A stretch of 64,000 bases of DNA from Paraspadella gotoi (taxonomy: Eukaryota; Animalia; Chaetognatha): assembly GCA_051294375.1 (NCBI GenBank), contig CM119266.1, positions 14,906,999 to 14,970,998 of the forward strand. The letters run 5' to 3'. Positions within the stretch are counted from its first letter, which is position 1, and the number at the start of each line of letters is the position of its first letter. The translations under genes and the position numbers were made by a program. Below the pieces are notes generated by a model. That model did not search any database. It saw only the letters and a list, made by a program, of their open reading frames with translations, and was not told where the DNA came from. Below, in pieces: positions 22,151 to 37,267 of the stretch.

Positions 22151-22304
22151 TAGGTTTCGGTGTAAATAAAACATCGAGAATTAAAGAAACAGAAAATATC
22201 CGAATAAACTGGTTTCGGGCGCGTCAGTTTGGTTTAGGAATTAAGTCAAGAACTCTTCTCTCTCTGCTCTCTCTCTCTCATCTCATTCTCTCTCATTTAT
22301 CATG

Positions 22305-22337
<33 letters not shown>

Positions 22338-23188
22338 CGTCACGATCGTTATTTTTATATGTTCATTATATCCTTTGAAAGAAACACGAAAGATCGAGTT
22401 TTAGGCGAGAACCGGCAGTGGAGTTTTAGTCATCATCTCGTTTTTCGACGATCGGGAGGCGAATCAATGACCGATTCATTCATCGAATGTTGCCAGGGCT
22501 TATAAACAAAAATATACAAGTTTTTTTTTATATATCGCTGGTCCCGGGGTTCGATCTCATTCATTAGTCAATTAACTGCTCCACGTCCAGACGATTTGTA
22601 ACTTTTTTGTCGACGTAATGGCTGCATCCTGAGCCCCAGCGATAAGAATTAAGCAGCCTTCGAGTGGGAGCGTCATTGAGAGGGGGATGACGTCTGTCTA
22701 ATGCTCTTTCTTTCTTTCTCTCTTTCTATCTTTTACTTTATTTTTTCTCGACTTGTTAATAGAAAGAGAGCACATAGTTTTCTGTTTAGTTTATGTTAGA
22801 AGTAATATGGGGGAATTTAAATAGTTAGGGCAACTGAAGACTTAGTCAGGGGGTGGAGGCGCCCGAAAATTAAAATCAAAATCGATCTCTATCTCCTCTC
22901 TTCTCTCTTTCTCCTCTCTCTCTCCCGCCCCGTCGCCGGAGAGAAGGAGAGCGAGACGAAGCAGAGTCATTCCACGCTATAAAGCATTTATAATCAAGCG
23001 CTGTCTATAAAAAAGAAATGGAGAGAGAGAGAAAGGAGAGATATGAGAAAAAGAGAAAATCACTTAAACGCTCGGGATTCGAGAGGCCGAGACGCCAAAC
23101 CCGGAAAAATAAAAAGGAGCCGAAATGAAAAGAAGAAAATGTTATATCGCTTTTGAATTTTCATATCGAAGGAGGAGAAGAGGAGGGA

Positions 23189-23242
<54 letters not shown>

Positions 23243-23410
23243 GGAGAGAGAGAGAGAGAGAAATCATGCCGGATGGAAAACGATAGAGTTAGAAACTCGT
23301 CGAATATTTTTCGTCTGTCTATCTTGTCTCCAATCTCCATCTTTTTGTTATCGGTGTCCGAGTTATTTTCTCCGTATTTTTTTACGCCAAAATCGGTTAA
23401 ATGTGGAGAG

Positions 23411-23480
<70 letters not shown>

Positions 23481-25781
23481 TATATATATATATATTATAT
23501 TTTTTTTTTTAAAAGGGTTTTTAAGAGTTGTAACGTCACCAAATTGCAATTTGTTTTCACATATTTTGGGAGGACGTCTTTGTGCTAAAATATGTCGCTA
23601 TCCCGGTCCTTTGACTTTGTTAAAATAACAGCGCCCCAAGTTTTCCGTACACCGACGTATCCTGACTTGGTTCATGGTTTTCAATCGTCCTTGCCCAATC
23701 GTTATCAATCGTAAAGGGTTTCGACCGAACTGCTTCGCGCGCCACCCAGCCACGGCAAAAAAAAGAAAAAAAGAACTGGCGTGCGCTAAATGACCGCAAA
23801 GAAACTGCGTGTTCGAATTTGAATTGAAAAATATAGTACCGGCTGTTTTTTTACATGGTTTAAATAATGATTTTAAAACCAGCTTCTTTTTTTGTCTCAC
23901 CAATTTTGCAATTTCTCGTTGGGGGCGTGGCTAAAAACGGAGCCGTCTCTCTTAACGGTCAGTCCCCTCGTTTTTCGTTTCACTTTTTAACCAGCACTTC
24001 CGTTTTTTTTTAATTTTTCTTTTCAATTATCTTTTTTTATCAGGCCGCCGTTCTCGACGGGATTGACGCCAAGCTCCAATCCCGGGCCTGTTGATGATCA
24101 ACGACGGTAGATGAGGCTTCCTTCGAGAGCACCGGATAGTCATCGAGACGTCTGTTCGCACTTCGGTCGACCGCTTTCGCCGCTTTACGCCGCCTCCCTT
24201 GTCCCACCGTCACCGGCCCGTCGTTCCCTTCAAACCGCCAGGCTGCCGCCGCGAAAACGCCACGCAACGCCGGGCGGCCGTGGCGCGGTGCGGGAACCCG
24301 CGGTGTTAATAATTTTGGTGATTTTAAACTCATTTTTTTGTAGGTCGTCATTCGCAAATAAAGACGTTTTGGTTTCCGGCCTCTCTTCTCTTTTTTCGAA
24401 AGAAAAATAAAAAGAAAAAAAGGGAAGAAAGAGTTTGAATGAAATTTTTTCGTTCTTCGACTTGAAAAAACGTGAAAAAATTCCTGGGCTTCTTTTTTCT
24501 TAACGGAGAAAAAAGGTGGAAGGAGGGCAAAAATATTGGTGAAAGAGAGGGTGGGTGGTAAGGAAGGTGGGGAAATGACTAGGTAAGAAAGTGTGGAAGT
24601 GTGGGGCGCGATTGGCAGGGAGTGAAGGGTGAAAATAGAGAGAGTGATTAAGAAGAAAAGATAAAGGATCTGAAGACTAAGGAAAGACAAGCTGTCTCAT
24701 AAAGACTTCATCAGACTCGTCTGCGTACTTAAGCAGGTATCAGGCTATAATAGGAAGAATGATTACTCCTTTCCATTATTATAGTTAAAAGAAAGGGTGC
24801 TTGAAAATGTCAGGTTTACAGTCTATATTTATTGTAATATTATTAATACATCAATTTTTTAGATGGAGTACTAGTGGATTTGTGTTTTTCGTCAATACTG
24901 AAAAAACATCTTCATGTTAAATCTTACTAATCAGAACAAGCTCCATTTTGATTTTTTCTCCTCACTTTAATAACCTTTTATTATATGCGTTTTTATTTTT
25001 CTCAACATTACGGTCTTCACGCTTCATAATCTATCGTCAACTCTTAGAATCACGAAAGATGGATAGTCAACACTTCCTATTAATCATGTAATGTCTGGAG
25101 AAGAATTCGGTTTAGTCGAAAAATATTCCGAAGATTGAAAATTACGAAAACACTCAGCAGATTAAATTATAATAAAACGGGAAGCTTGATAAACGTAGGA
25201 GATATCCGTCACACGACTTTTAAGAGGAGGAAACAGTGAACTCGGAAGAACGAAAGAACAGAGATTTCTTCGTCTGAAAAGCATATTTCCTATTTTTTGC
25301 GTGAACCGACCTGCATGTTAATTTGGAGATTCAAGCAACCAGCGAATCGTGCGACGACATATATATCTAGTAGTCTCTAACATCCTCTCCCTTTAATTGA
25401 AAGAAGAAGAAAGGAGAGAGAGAAGGAAGGACGACATGGAGCGAGGCAAAAGCATTAAAGAGGAGAAGTTGTTTCTTCTATTCTGCGTCTTATCATACGT
25501 GGTTCCCAGATGCACTCAAACCACGTTTCCCAATTAACACGAGACCGTGGTTAAAAAGATATGTTAACAAGTAAAGTCTTTTAACCAACTTGCCCGAGAT
25601 TACGAACGCGGCTACCTCTTTCCTCTTCTTTCTTTATCTTTCCGCTCTCTCCTCTCTATCTTCTCTCCCTCTTTTTCTCTCTCTTTCTCTTTATTGTTAA
25701 CTAGAGGAGGAAAATATAATAAGACAGAAAGGAAAGAGAGAAGAGAGAGAGAAGAAGTAGAGAGAGAGAGAAGAAGAGAGA

Positions 25782-25814
<33 letters not shown>

Positions 25815-27119
25815 GAGCAAAAAGAAAAGGGAAAGAAAGAAAGTGGAAAAAAATATAAAGAAAAAGGAAAGAAAGCGATGAGAGGTTGTGAAATTGAAAT
25901 TCAAGGCAACCTTCTTTTTTTTTTCTTTTCCTCAAGAAAGCCGCTATTTCGCGTGGCGCAGTTTCATCTCGAAAATTTGTGAAGCGCAGGCAGCGTATTA
26001 ATTACATCATTTTTTTTCTTCACATTAACCGGAGATAAAATTGAAAGACGCTTTTTCAGGCGAACAACGAGCTTTTTTAATAACATTTTTTAAAAAACTT
26101 ACGAAGGCCTCAAATATTGAAATATAAAAGAGCCCTGAAATTCCCAATTACCACGCTTCTTCTCATTTTCTCTCCAGAATCGTTACTGGATGGCCACAGT
26201 CGCCGTGATGGACCCCCCCCGTATGACCACCCGTGATGCCCACCCGTTAATGACCCACCTCGTGGTGAACCGTATTCGTTAGTGTGACCGTGGTGACCGT
26301 CGTGATATGTAAGACTGACGGTTGTCCGTGTCCTATAGGCCGCTGACCGTAGGCGGGGCCATACACCTCCGTAGCCCATAGGCTTATTTGGAAAACGAAG
26401 GAAAAGATTTAAATTAGAAATATTGTTCGTTTTGTGATATAAGCTGGATTATGTCCGTTTCTCACTGTTGTGGGCTGGACGTAAACGGTGCGGCGGCAGG
26501 CGGCCGCCAATGACGACTGTTTTCGCCGGTTTGCCTTGTGGTGCTGGACCATACAATGGTGCGGCGGCGGCTGCGGCGGGAGCACCTTAAGCGGGGCGCC
26601 TGCGGTAAGGCTGCTGGGCCTCGCTGTCCCTGTGGCGCGGTAAGCCCGGCGGCGGTTGGCATAGCCCGGGGGGGGCGGCTGGTAGTGGGGGCGCACGGGC
26701 TGAGGGGGCGGCGCCCGACTTGTCCCGCGGGGCCGGCGGGCGGCGCCCCGGTCAATCTCGATGATTCTTCTCCGCTTTCCTTGTGTCTGAGGTTGAAAGC
26801 GGAGAGAGAAGGAGAAAGAGGAGAATGGAGAGGAGAGAGGGGAGGAAGAAGGAATATGAGAAAAAGAAGGAGGGAAAGGGAGGAGAAGAAGTAAGAAGGA
26901 GGATATTGGAGAGGAGAAAGAGAGGAAAGGGAATATTGAGGAAAGAGAGTGGAGGAAAGGAAGGAAGAAAGAAAAAAATATAATATTCCTCTAAATCGTT
27001 TCTCGCCCTCGTTAACCTCTCTCTCATTCTCTCTCTCTCTCTCTCTCCCTTCCTCTCTTCGCCTTCTCCTCCTCTTCCATCTCTCTCTTCTCTCTCTCCT
27101 TTCCTTCTCTCTCCCTCTA

Positions 27120-27151
<32 letters not shown>

Positions 27152-28579
27152 CTCTCTCCTCTTCTTTCTCTACCGGTATAACGCTTGAAAGCGGCGGGTG
27201 GAATGACCTTGCTGTTGTGCCTGTCGCTAAAGCTTGCTGGAAGCGAAAGCCTGCAGCCCTTCCAGCATCTCCTCGCGGCGGACCCTCGGCAAACTGTTTG
27301 GATGCCAGGACCCGCCAGCTGCTTGACTCGTGTATCGTTTGACATTTTTGGGCTGTCAAATCAGAATTCGATTATTAATTTAAAGTGACCGGAAAAAGAT
27401 TAATGATTGATTTGGACTACTTTGTAAGTTTTTTTTGGGTATGGTATTGTACTGCTCGTATAACCGAATACAGACTACTTCGTGATAAGTTATTCTCTAA
27501 TTGTACATTCCAATGTGGGCTTTGAGGAAAAATACAGGAATCCGTAAAAAAAGACAAATACAAAAACGAGAAATATAAATTTAGCAAACCTCAACATGTA
27601 GGCCGCGTTTAGACGCGCTCGAATTCTTTCCCCTTTCTCGAAGCACAGATGGATGATGTCGACCACATTCTCCGCCCGACGCCTTGGTCGCGCTCTTCTT
27701 GAGTACGCTAAAACAAAAAACAAAATAGAAGAGCGTCGCCAGTTAATCCACGAAATGATGAAAGAGAAGTATGGCTCATTTGAATATGGTATACAGATAA
27801 CAAATACATTTAGATAACATCTACATTCGATTGTCGACAGAATCGCGTTCGAAGTCGACTGCCAGCGTACGACTTCGACGCGCTCACTTGGCAAGCGAAT
27901 CATATTAATATAAGTTAAAAAACTAAATTAAAAGAAGATAAAAAAGAAAACTAGAAATAAATAGTAGTTAAAATAATTTTATATTACGGTTTTTTATTTA
28001 TTTTATGGCTTCAGTCGAAGCTCATCAATAACTGAATCAATAAACTAAAAGAGTGAAGTTATCGATTGTTTTCCTACTTAAAATGAAGTCCGCCCGAGCA
28101 TCAGATCAGGAACAGATAGAGATGCAAGATGAGATCAAGATCAGATCAATCTTTGTAAACTTAATCATCCAGATTACTCATCACAGTCGGTCATCAATTT
28201 ATCATACTTCAATCTTTCGACGTTCGTCGTCCACTCTCTAATCTCGTCTTTAACGTCCATAGACTCGAGAATAATTATCCTCGCATACTTTTTTACCATC
28301 GGATCAAAATTTCATAGACAGCCGGAGTAGAATAGGTATTGTATATGTATTTATATCTTAGGAAGAACGACTAAAAAAAAAAAAGGAGCAGACGCATCGT
28401 CGCGATTATCCTATTTATTTTATTTTGCTTTTTCTTCTGTCTTCTTGCTGCTTTTTAATACAAAAAAAATTGCGCGAAATAAAAAGCATAGAGAAAGATC
28501 TCTCTAGCATAGTTATCCACTCTCCAATGCAACTATATAGCATATCGAGAACAGAAAAGCAAGAATGACAAGGCATAAT

Positions 28580-28649
<70 letters not shown>

Positions 28650-30816
28650 ATCCTCTTCTCTCTCTCTCTTGTCTTCGATCTCTCTCTCTCTCTCTCCTTC
28701 TCTCCTCTTCTTTTTCAAGTCCCGATTCCATCGAACGCGTTGAAATTTGGAAAAAAGGATCGTTTCTTTTTTTTATTCTCGTAAATGGAAATAGACGGGA
28801 TTTTGTTGGGTTCGTATCCTANNNNNNNNNNNNNNNNNNNNNNNNNGAGGGGCTGAGAGGGTGGGGGGTGAGAGGGTGGGAAATCCGAACTGAGAAGAGC
28901 GAACAGGGTGAGGTTGTTGGGAAGGGTAAGTTGAACGGGTAAGGCGGAGAGAAACGAATTATTTCTTCAGCTTGGGGGTTGGGAGATTAAAGCGGTGAGG
29001 GATTGATTTATTTTTATCTGACAAAGAAACTCGGTTGTAATCCTTTACTGAGCTGTATTGAACAGCCGATGATCTATAAAAAATATTTAAGATATTATAA
29101 TTATCATCGCAAAAACTCTTACGTTAAATGTTAATCGTAATGTAACTTGTAAATACTAAAATTATACCTCATTTTTGTGTCGACGAGATTCATTTTGGTA
29201 CGGCTTTGGCCCCCCAGAAGGCGTTTACCTACCCCAGTTTTCTCAAACTCCCTTACCCACAGTGTTCTCATCCTCCCTTGCCCTCTCTCTCGCGCCTCAG
29301 GTTCCCGTCGGGAATCTCGGACCGCGAATTAATTCCAAAGCCTTTTTCTTTCTGCCGACGCTCGACGAAGGTTCGGGACGGCGATGCCGACGTCGGTGTC
29401 CCGGCAGATTGCCGACGCTAACCGCCTCGATCCTGGAGCGGGTTTGGGCCGGATATCGCTCGTTTGGGATAAAAGGGAAACCTTAATGAGAATTGATAGG
29501 AGAGTCCGTAATTTCGATTTTTCTCGAGATTCCTAGTGGATGGTCCGTGGTTAATGTGGTTGTGTGTGGGCGACGAGTGGTTTGGACGAAGACGAGGAAA
29601 GGTTGTGTGGGCGGCCTCCCGGGGGAAGGACCCGAGGATAGAGAAGGTCAAAAAGGTCAAGAGAGGAAAAAAAAAAGGAAAAGGGGAAGAGAGGAATGGA
29701 ATAAGGAAAAGGGGAAGAAGAGAGAGGAAAAAATTTAAAGGAGTGAAAACGAGGGTTTCTCCAAGTTTTAGTAAAAAATATTTTCCCGCGAAAATTTCAT
29801 TTTACTTTTTATCATTATTGATAGGATAGCGACGAATTAGCAGACAATCAAAACCCAAATGGCGTCGACGATACTCACTCCGATCCTTTATAAAATTCTT
29901 TAGATTCATTGACTTCGTTTAAATATTTCACCATGGCGCATGCGTGGAATTCGGGCGTCATAGTCTCTGCGAATTAATTATTTAAGTCGAGCAATAAAAA
30001 AAAAANNNNNNNNNNNNNNNNNNNNNNNNNNNNNNNNNNNNNNNNNNNNNNNNNNNNNNNNNNNNNNNNNNNNNNNNNNNNNNNNNNNNNNNNNNNNNNN
30101 NNNNNNNNNNNNNNNNNNNNNNNNNNNNNNNNNNNNNNNNNNNNNNNNNNNNNNNNNNNNNNNNNNNCGACGAAAAACCAAATGTGCAGCTGAAAGCATT
30201 TCGCCTCATTTTAAATTCTTGTTTCGGTCGTCGTCGTCGTCGTCGTCGTCGTCGTCCTTTTGATTAGTTCATCGTTCCTCAGCTGAGGATTGCATCGATT
30301 GGACCAGCGAAGATTCTGCTTAAGACGAGTGGAGGGAGGGCGAGGACCGGGGCGGGTGGGTGCTGTGGATTGGAAGTTGAAAATTCGTTGATGAGGGAAA
30401 CGAACGCGGGGAAGGTAAGTTCAATTTTCGGGACAAGGGTAAGAAACATTGGCGGGTTGTTGAAGCAAAGTAGGATGGAAAAGATGAGTGACCGAACGTC
30501 GGTGGGATGAGGGAGTGAAATGGTTCAGCCAAAGAAAAACATTATCGGAAAAAGAAAAGAAAAAAAAACCGCGAACATATACAGTCGATGTTTTTCTCAT
30601 GAAAGCCTCGACATGAAAAAAAAAAGCTAATCTCGGCTAATAAAGGTCAGTTGGGGTCAAGAGGTCAAACCTGCTGGCAAGTGATTTGAAAGGGTCAAGG
30701 ATCAACGTGAGCCCTACTTTCATCACTCACCGCCGACCGGAAATTAGAATGACATAAAAAGAAAGCTCGCAGCGCTGTCTATCTTTTTTCTCTTTCCTTT
30801 TCGCCATCTCTCTCTT

Positions 30817-30909
<93 letters not shown>

Positions 30910-31210
30910 CTTTCCGACCTCCTCTCTCTAAATCAACGGCGTGTAAACTTTAAAGCCTCTGAGACAAAGAGACATTACGTGAAATGACCATAAGGAAAGC
31001 TGGACCAGATCGAACGGGGGGAGCGTGAAGAAAGGGGGGAGGTGGATCGTTGGGAAATTTTCCACTGATAACATCAATTTGCGTTAACTACCGTTAATAA
31101 TGCGCGGTTCGTCGATTTTTTAATTAATAAACAATAAATAAGAATGAAAAGAACGAAACATAAACCGTTCAAGTTCGAGATTTTCTCTTTCCTCGCACGA
31201 TTCCATTTTT
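22151..31210 (+). repeat. Segmental duplication 1, copy B (noisy)
   Basis: Colinear with 7363-15990. It is insertion-rich before the 25-N gap at 28822-28846 and deletion-rich after it. Confidence 0.93.
26183..27903 (-). pseudogene. Second copy of the DUF4476-like/CaaX gene, frameshifted as assembled
   Basis: Colinear with 11119-12672 but carries many 1-2 nt insertions spread evenly over exons, introns and flanks. That pattern is typical of unpolished long-read sequence, so the true copy may be intact. Confidence 0.55.
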
Positions 31211-31664
31211 AAGGTTTCTATTTCAAGCTCAGCGGTCCCCCCAGAAGTTCGCCTACTCATGAAAAATAACTCAAAAATAAAATACTACATCGGAAATAAA
31301 TTATTTTTTTCTCTCTCTCTCTATCTTACGCGGAGTAACTCGAGCCAAATAAAAGGAGAGAGCGAGAGAGATGGAGAGGCAGGGCCAGGGCGATCGGAGA
31401 GAGGGAGGCACGAAGCAAAATTTTAATGCCTCTGGCGGCGAAGAAGGAAAACTGCTGACGGTGGAAATATTGCTTAATGCAAAGGAGAAACGAGAGAGAG
31501 AGAGAGACCGAGCGAAAGGGTACAGAGTGAAAAAGAAAAAAAAGAGCAACAAACAAAATTTTGACCCTTTGACACGCAGCGCCACGAGCGGGAGGAAGAG
31601 AAAAACTCATTCGGCAAAATGAACGACGCCATAAAAATTTGCGCTACGCTTTCATCCGAGCGGA

Positions 31665-31735
<71 letters not shown>

Positions 31736-32344
31736 GTACATAAAACGAAATTATTGAAAATTCCATAGGAAAGTCTCGAAAAATTGTTTCAGTGTCCCCA
31801 GGATATTCCACTGCGATAAATAAACATTTCTCCTTGTCTCTATCTCGATATCTCTGCCTCTCCTTCTCTCGCTCTGCCATAAAACAATAAATATAACGCG
31901 TTCCAGCCTCATATCCAATTCGCCATTATTTCTTTTCTCTCGATCCTGACTTTAACCCCGCAAGCCTCATTCTGGCGCCGATGTAAGTCGCTTCGCCTCA
32001 TAAAACAAAATCGACGCATTTTCATACGTCGTCGTCGTCGTTGCGGTTATTCTAGTTANNNNNNNNNNNNNNNNNNNNNNNNNNNNNNNNNNNNNNNNNN
32101 NNNNNNNNNNNNNNNNNNNNNNNNNNNNNNNNNNNNNNNNNNNNNNNNNNNNNNNNNNNNNNNNNNNNNNNNNNNNNNNNNNNNNNNNNNNNNNNNNNNN
32201 NNNNNNNNNNNNNNNNNNNNNNNNNNNNNNNNNNNNNNNNNNNNNNNNNNNNNNNNNNNNNNNNNNNNNNNNNNNNNNNNNNNNNNNNNNNNNNNNNNNN
32301 NNNNNNNNNNNNNNNNNNNNNNNNNNNNNNNNNNNNNNNNNNNN

Positions 32345-32376
<32 letters not shown>

Positions 32377-34293
32377 GAGCTCTTCGCGCTTCATTATTTT
32401 TAAAGGTGGGGTACCTCTTTTGTTTCCGAGGCTGAGGTGAGTTAGAGAGGGAAGAGGTGACAGGAGAGTGGCATCAGATGCGAAAAAGAGAGAAAGTCTA
32501 TCGGGTAAGGAGTGGAGGTTTCGCGAGGAGATGGCGCTCTAAACTGTGCAACACAATTATGGTAAACATTGAGAAAATTGCTCTGAAATTTGGAGACATT
32601 GAAAGTTGTCTCTCAAACGATTTCGCGTTTTCGGAACTTTAAAAAGTCGAAGATTGAAGTCAATGTCTGTTGAGCGAGTAAAATTAAAGTCGAATTCTTG
32701 CGCTCTTCTTTTTTATTTGCTTTTTTGATGTTTTATGCTCCTCATCCTGTTTTGAAAAGACTAATAGAATCTCTTGTACGATTTCTCTTGTCCATTTTCT
32801 CTCTTTTCTATTCTTTCGCGATATTCATACCTCTTTCCTATTCGTTTCTCCGTTCCGGAGTGAGAAAGGAAATTAACATAAAATTTCTTAAACTCTTTTC
32901 ATCCTAAACGCAGTCCACTCAACTCTCAAAACTCCAGCCGTGTACCATCCCGCTTTAATATTCCTAACGCCCGTTTCAATCTATTCTCTCGACCTAGTCA
33001 GCTAACTTGTTGACTTATCCATATCGCTCCCACCGTTCCATACTTCAACATTCAACATTCTATCTTCAAATTCATCCCCTACCAGCTTCATCTAACCCCA
33101 TCGTTCACTACCGGCTCCCGAGGATCCCCTTTTCCAAATCCCATCGCTCGCTTTACCCTCTTTTCCAGGCCGCTTCTTTACGAAAACCCAATTGTCGCTC
33201 AAAGCCCGATCCCCTGCCCGCTTCTTCATCCCTTCGCCCGCGTCGTCTCCTTCGTCCGCTTCTCCGGAACGCCGCCGGGGGGACGCCGACGCCAGCGTTA
33301 TCCGGTCCGAAGAAACGAGGACGAAAAAACCTCATTGAAAAACGGGTCCGTCCCCAAACTAGATTTATTACCATATCAATGAAAACGGTGAGAAAGAGAG
33401 GAGNNNNNNNNNNAGAGATAGGAATAAGAAATTATAAAAAGAAGAGTTTGTGATTGTTGTTCACTACTGGGTGGACCGCGTGAGTAGACCAATCATGAAA
33501 AGAGGATTAACTTCGGTTTATTTAATAATATTTTTAATTATTGCAGGCCGAAAATTAGAAATGGTTATTTCAGATGATTTATCTCCCCGGACGAGATCGG
33601 TTCTAATCAGCCATTCATCATTTCGCTGCACCTGGATTCTTTTCCTCGCTACCAGGGTTGCGGGGCGGAGGTAGGATCGGGTTGGTAGGAAAGAGTTGGC
33701 TCTGGAAGGTTGTTTGCAAGAGTAATACTGGGTTGTAATGGAGAGGAGATGTTGGAATCGGACGGGAGGACATAGGATCCGATGGATAGCTTGAGTAGAG
33801 GTGGTCGAAGTTGATTTAACAGGGAATAGGTGGAGTAAGAGAAGATGAGGATTGCAGAAGGCGAGGGCGGCGGCAGCAGCGGCGGCAGCGGCGGCGGAGA
33901 GGACGGCGGCGGCAGATGTAGGGCGGCGAGAAAAGCGCCGCCTATCTCTCGAGCAATCGTGGAAGGATTTCGTCGGATTAGAATGTAGAGCGATCGCGAC
34001 GATCATGAACGAGACGATGAGAATTTCGCCGATCGTTCGCGTCACGCGTTACGCGTCACAAATCACGCGTTACGTTTCTCGTACGATTAACGCGTAAAAA
34101 AAGAGAAACGTAATTCTTTTTTTCGTTTAATGTTACGTTTTACGCTCGAACGAGACTAGGGTTACATTTGACGCTCTACATCGAGCTCAAGACAAATTTT
34201 AATCGTAATGATGATCGCCATCCGGGTCTTTAATTTCTTTGTTCTTTTGTCCGAAACTTTTGTTTCGTTTTGGCCGTCGAATCGCGACGTAAC

Positions 34294-34647
34294 AAGTTTA
34301 TTCAATGTCGCTATTACGCAATTTATTGTAATTCTTAATTATTAACTCAATATTTCTTTTTAGATTGTCTTCCGTTTTGATTTTTTTTTTTTTTTTTCAC
34401 GCTTTATAAATGGATATCAAAATCATGAAGAAGAATATGATTCAATCTCTTTACTTCATCTGTTTTCAAAATTTTTTTAACAGTTTCTTCAGGTTTGGAA
34501 TGGGCGTTCTTGTTTTATAGATGGCGGCATTTTGGCTTTACTATTGTTTCCGTTAATAGATTATAACACGCTAATATTCAGGTTAGCGACGGAATTATAT
34601 TCAGCTTTCATTTTTTCGTTCTGATGTTGCGCGAACATCGTCATCGC

Positions 34648-34704
<57 letters not shown>

Positions 34705-37168
34705 TCTTACCTCGCCTTTTCTTTATTCATTTATGATATCGTCTTCATCTGCGCCGTCGTCGTCGTCGTCGTCGTCGTCATTGTCGTCGTCGCGCCATCT
34801 TCTCTTTTATCGTCGTCATCGAATTCGTTTGAAAAGAGGCGCTGGCGTCAAATGCAGAATCTTCGATAATTCATGAGGCCGTCAACAATCCATCTCGGCT
34901 CAGTTACTGAAGTTATAGTTTCCCTTCTGTTTCTAATTCTCAGTCTTCCACTTGCCATCTTACACTCCTGTTTCTTGTTTTTTCCCTTTCCATTCACCGT
35001 AGTGGCTCGTAAAAGAAAATGAATGTGTCAGAGAATAATACCTTATACCGCGTACCTTGCACCAGATACATGTATACAGCTTAAACCGCCTTTTATAATA
35101 AAACTTACAACGTCAACTTGATTTATAATTGACAAACTTCATCTCATCATTAAATAACCCAATCATTCAACTGCCTTCTTTCTCCTCTCCCCCACCCTAT
35201 CGCTTCTTCGCATTCGATTTTCAAACCACCATTCCAATTCTCGCGGCGATTTCTCCCCTCCCCCTCCCGTCCCTCTCCCGGTCACGCCTTTGAGTCCGTC
35301 TCATCCTCTCGTCAATCTGGTCCACTTTTCCGTTTTAATTCCCGGCGCCGTGGCGCCCCTCTTTCTCTCCCATCTCTCCGTCTCCCATTACTCCTTATTC
35401 TGATGAGAATGATTTTAAAAACAACTCGCTCGACGGCCGCTTCCCAACCTTACCACAACCTTTCCATTGCCTCACCGCTTCATTTCACGCTCACCAGCTT
35501 TCACCTCCACTCCTCACCTCAGTTCCCAGTCCTCACAGCTCCCCTCTGCCAACCTCATCTTCCCCCTTCCCACCCACTTCCCTCGATGCCTCGACTGCCT
35601 CGTTTTACTTATGCATTCCGAGTTGCGTCTTTTTCTCCTTCAGTCTTTATTCATCCTCGTCCCCGCCGCCAAAGGATTCCAATTAATTTCTTCTCTTCTT
35701 CGTTGTCGTCGGCGTCGTTGTCGTCTTCTACGTCATCCTGCTCTTTTATAGTTGAATTTCAATGTCTGTAGTACATCGTAACAGATGATGTTTTTAAATT
35801 TTAACTTCGGTACTGTAGATGTGGTTCTAGAGTAGTTGAGAGAGAGAGAGAAAGAGAGATAAAGAGAGAGAGATAAAGAGAGAGAGAAAGAAAGAAAGAG
35901 AAAATAAAAAAAATCCTTTCCTTCGTTAATTTTAAGGAACTTTTGTCCTTTCGTTCGCACGAATGCTCCTCTTAAATCGCGTCAAGTTGGACGTCGAGGC
36001 GGCTTCCGCTCCGAGGCCGCCTGGGCGTGTCCCCGCGACCTCCCCAAGATCAGAGGACACGCACTCCCTGTCCCTTTCTCAGACTCAATCCTTTATTTTC
36101 TTCCTGATAGGGATCGATGTTCAACTCTGCCTTTCGACAAAAAACGTACGAAATTGAGTCGGTCTCAACTTTCCTCCCGATTCCTCGACCATCAGTGTTT
36201 TTTTTTTTACAAACTCGCTCCTCTCTCCCCGTCCCGCCGTCCCGCCGTCCCGCCTCCACGCTTTCGTCTCCCTTCCCCACCCCCACGTGACCGCACCCTC
36301 AGCAAAGGACCCTCGTTCCCCCCCCCCACGTTCCTCCCTTCCCGGTTTCGCCCTTCGCCCCTCACGCACGAGTAGTCACCTTAAAACCCGCGAACCTCAT
36401 CAAGTGGCCGCTTCTCCCGGTCGCGGGCGTCTCGGGGCTTGGGGGGGGGGGAAAGAATGGGGGGGGAGGGGGAAAATGAGGGGGACACTTTGGCCTTTAA
36501 ATCGCGTCGTACGCGAAGCCCTTACTAAAGAATAAAAAAAAAAGTCAAAGGAAAGGGAGGCGATGGAAGGGATGAGGGAAAAAAAAATGAAGAAATGGAA
36601 GAGAAACGAGAAAGAAATAAAAGGAAATAAAAGGAAATGGATGAAATAGGGGGAAAATATGGGAAGAGATGAGAATTGAAGTTTCACCTTTGACCCTGAA
36701 GATTATTTATCATTTAATGTCATTTAATATCATAAAATATCATCTACGTTATTGAGCACAATTTACTGGTGTAATCGAACATTTTTTTTATAATGAAATT
36801 TTGCTCTTTACTCGAGCTTATCTTTTTGAGTACTATCTGAGTAATTTTTAATCCTATTTCTGACTCTCTACTATTTTCATATTCCTATTCATAATAAAGT
36901 AATTGCTTTCAAAGGAATGACTGAATAGTTTTAGAACTATCATAATAATATTATTGCTATAATTACTATTACCTAAAACGTAATGTTTAATTGCTAAACA
37001 AAAACCTTTTTTTATCGTCTTGGAAAGAAATAACAACGACAACGTCGCGTCAATCCAAACTGTCCCTCGGTTTTCCAATTTCGGGCCAACTCTCTTTTTT
37101 TCTTTTTCTTAGAAAAGAAGGGGGAGGGGGAGAAGCGCGCTCGTAAATAGTGAAATTTCTTTCCCTCA

Positions 37169-37267
<99 letters not shown>

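Noticed and set aside
22147-22156. Canonical Helitron 3' end (CTAG) or TTAGG telomeric repeat at the array terminus
   Set aside because: The TAG belongs to the duplicated host sequence and array 2 has CAAG instead. There is no AT target site and no tandem telomeric run.
34624-34869. Poly-His/poly-Val ORF (and its copy at 42603-42872)
   Set aside because: Derived from (CAT)n and (GTC)n repeats; no domain and no clear splice context, and the start differs between copies.
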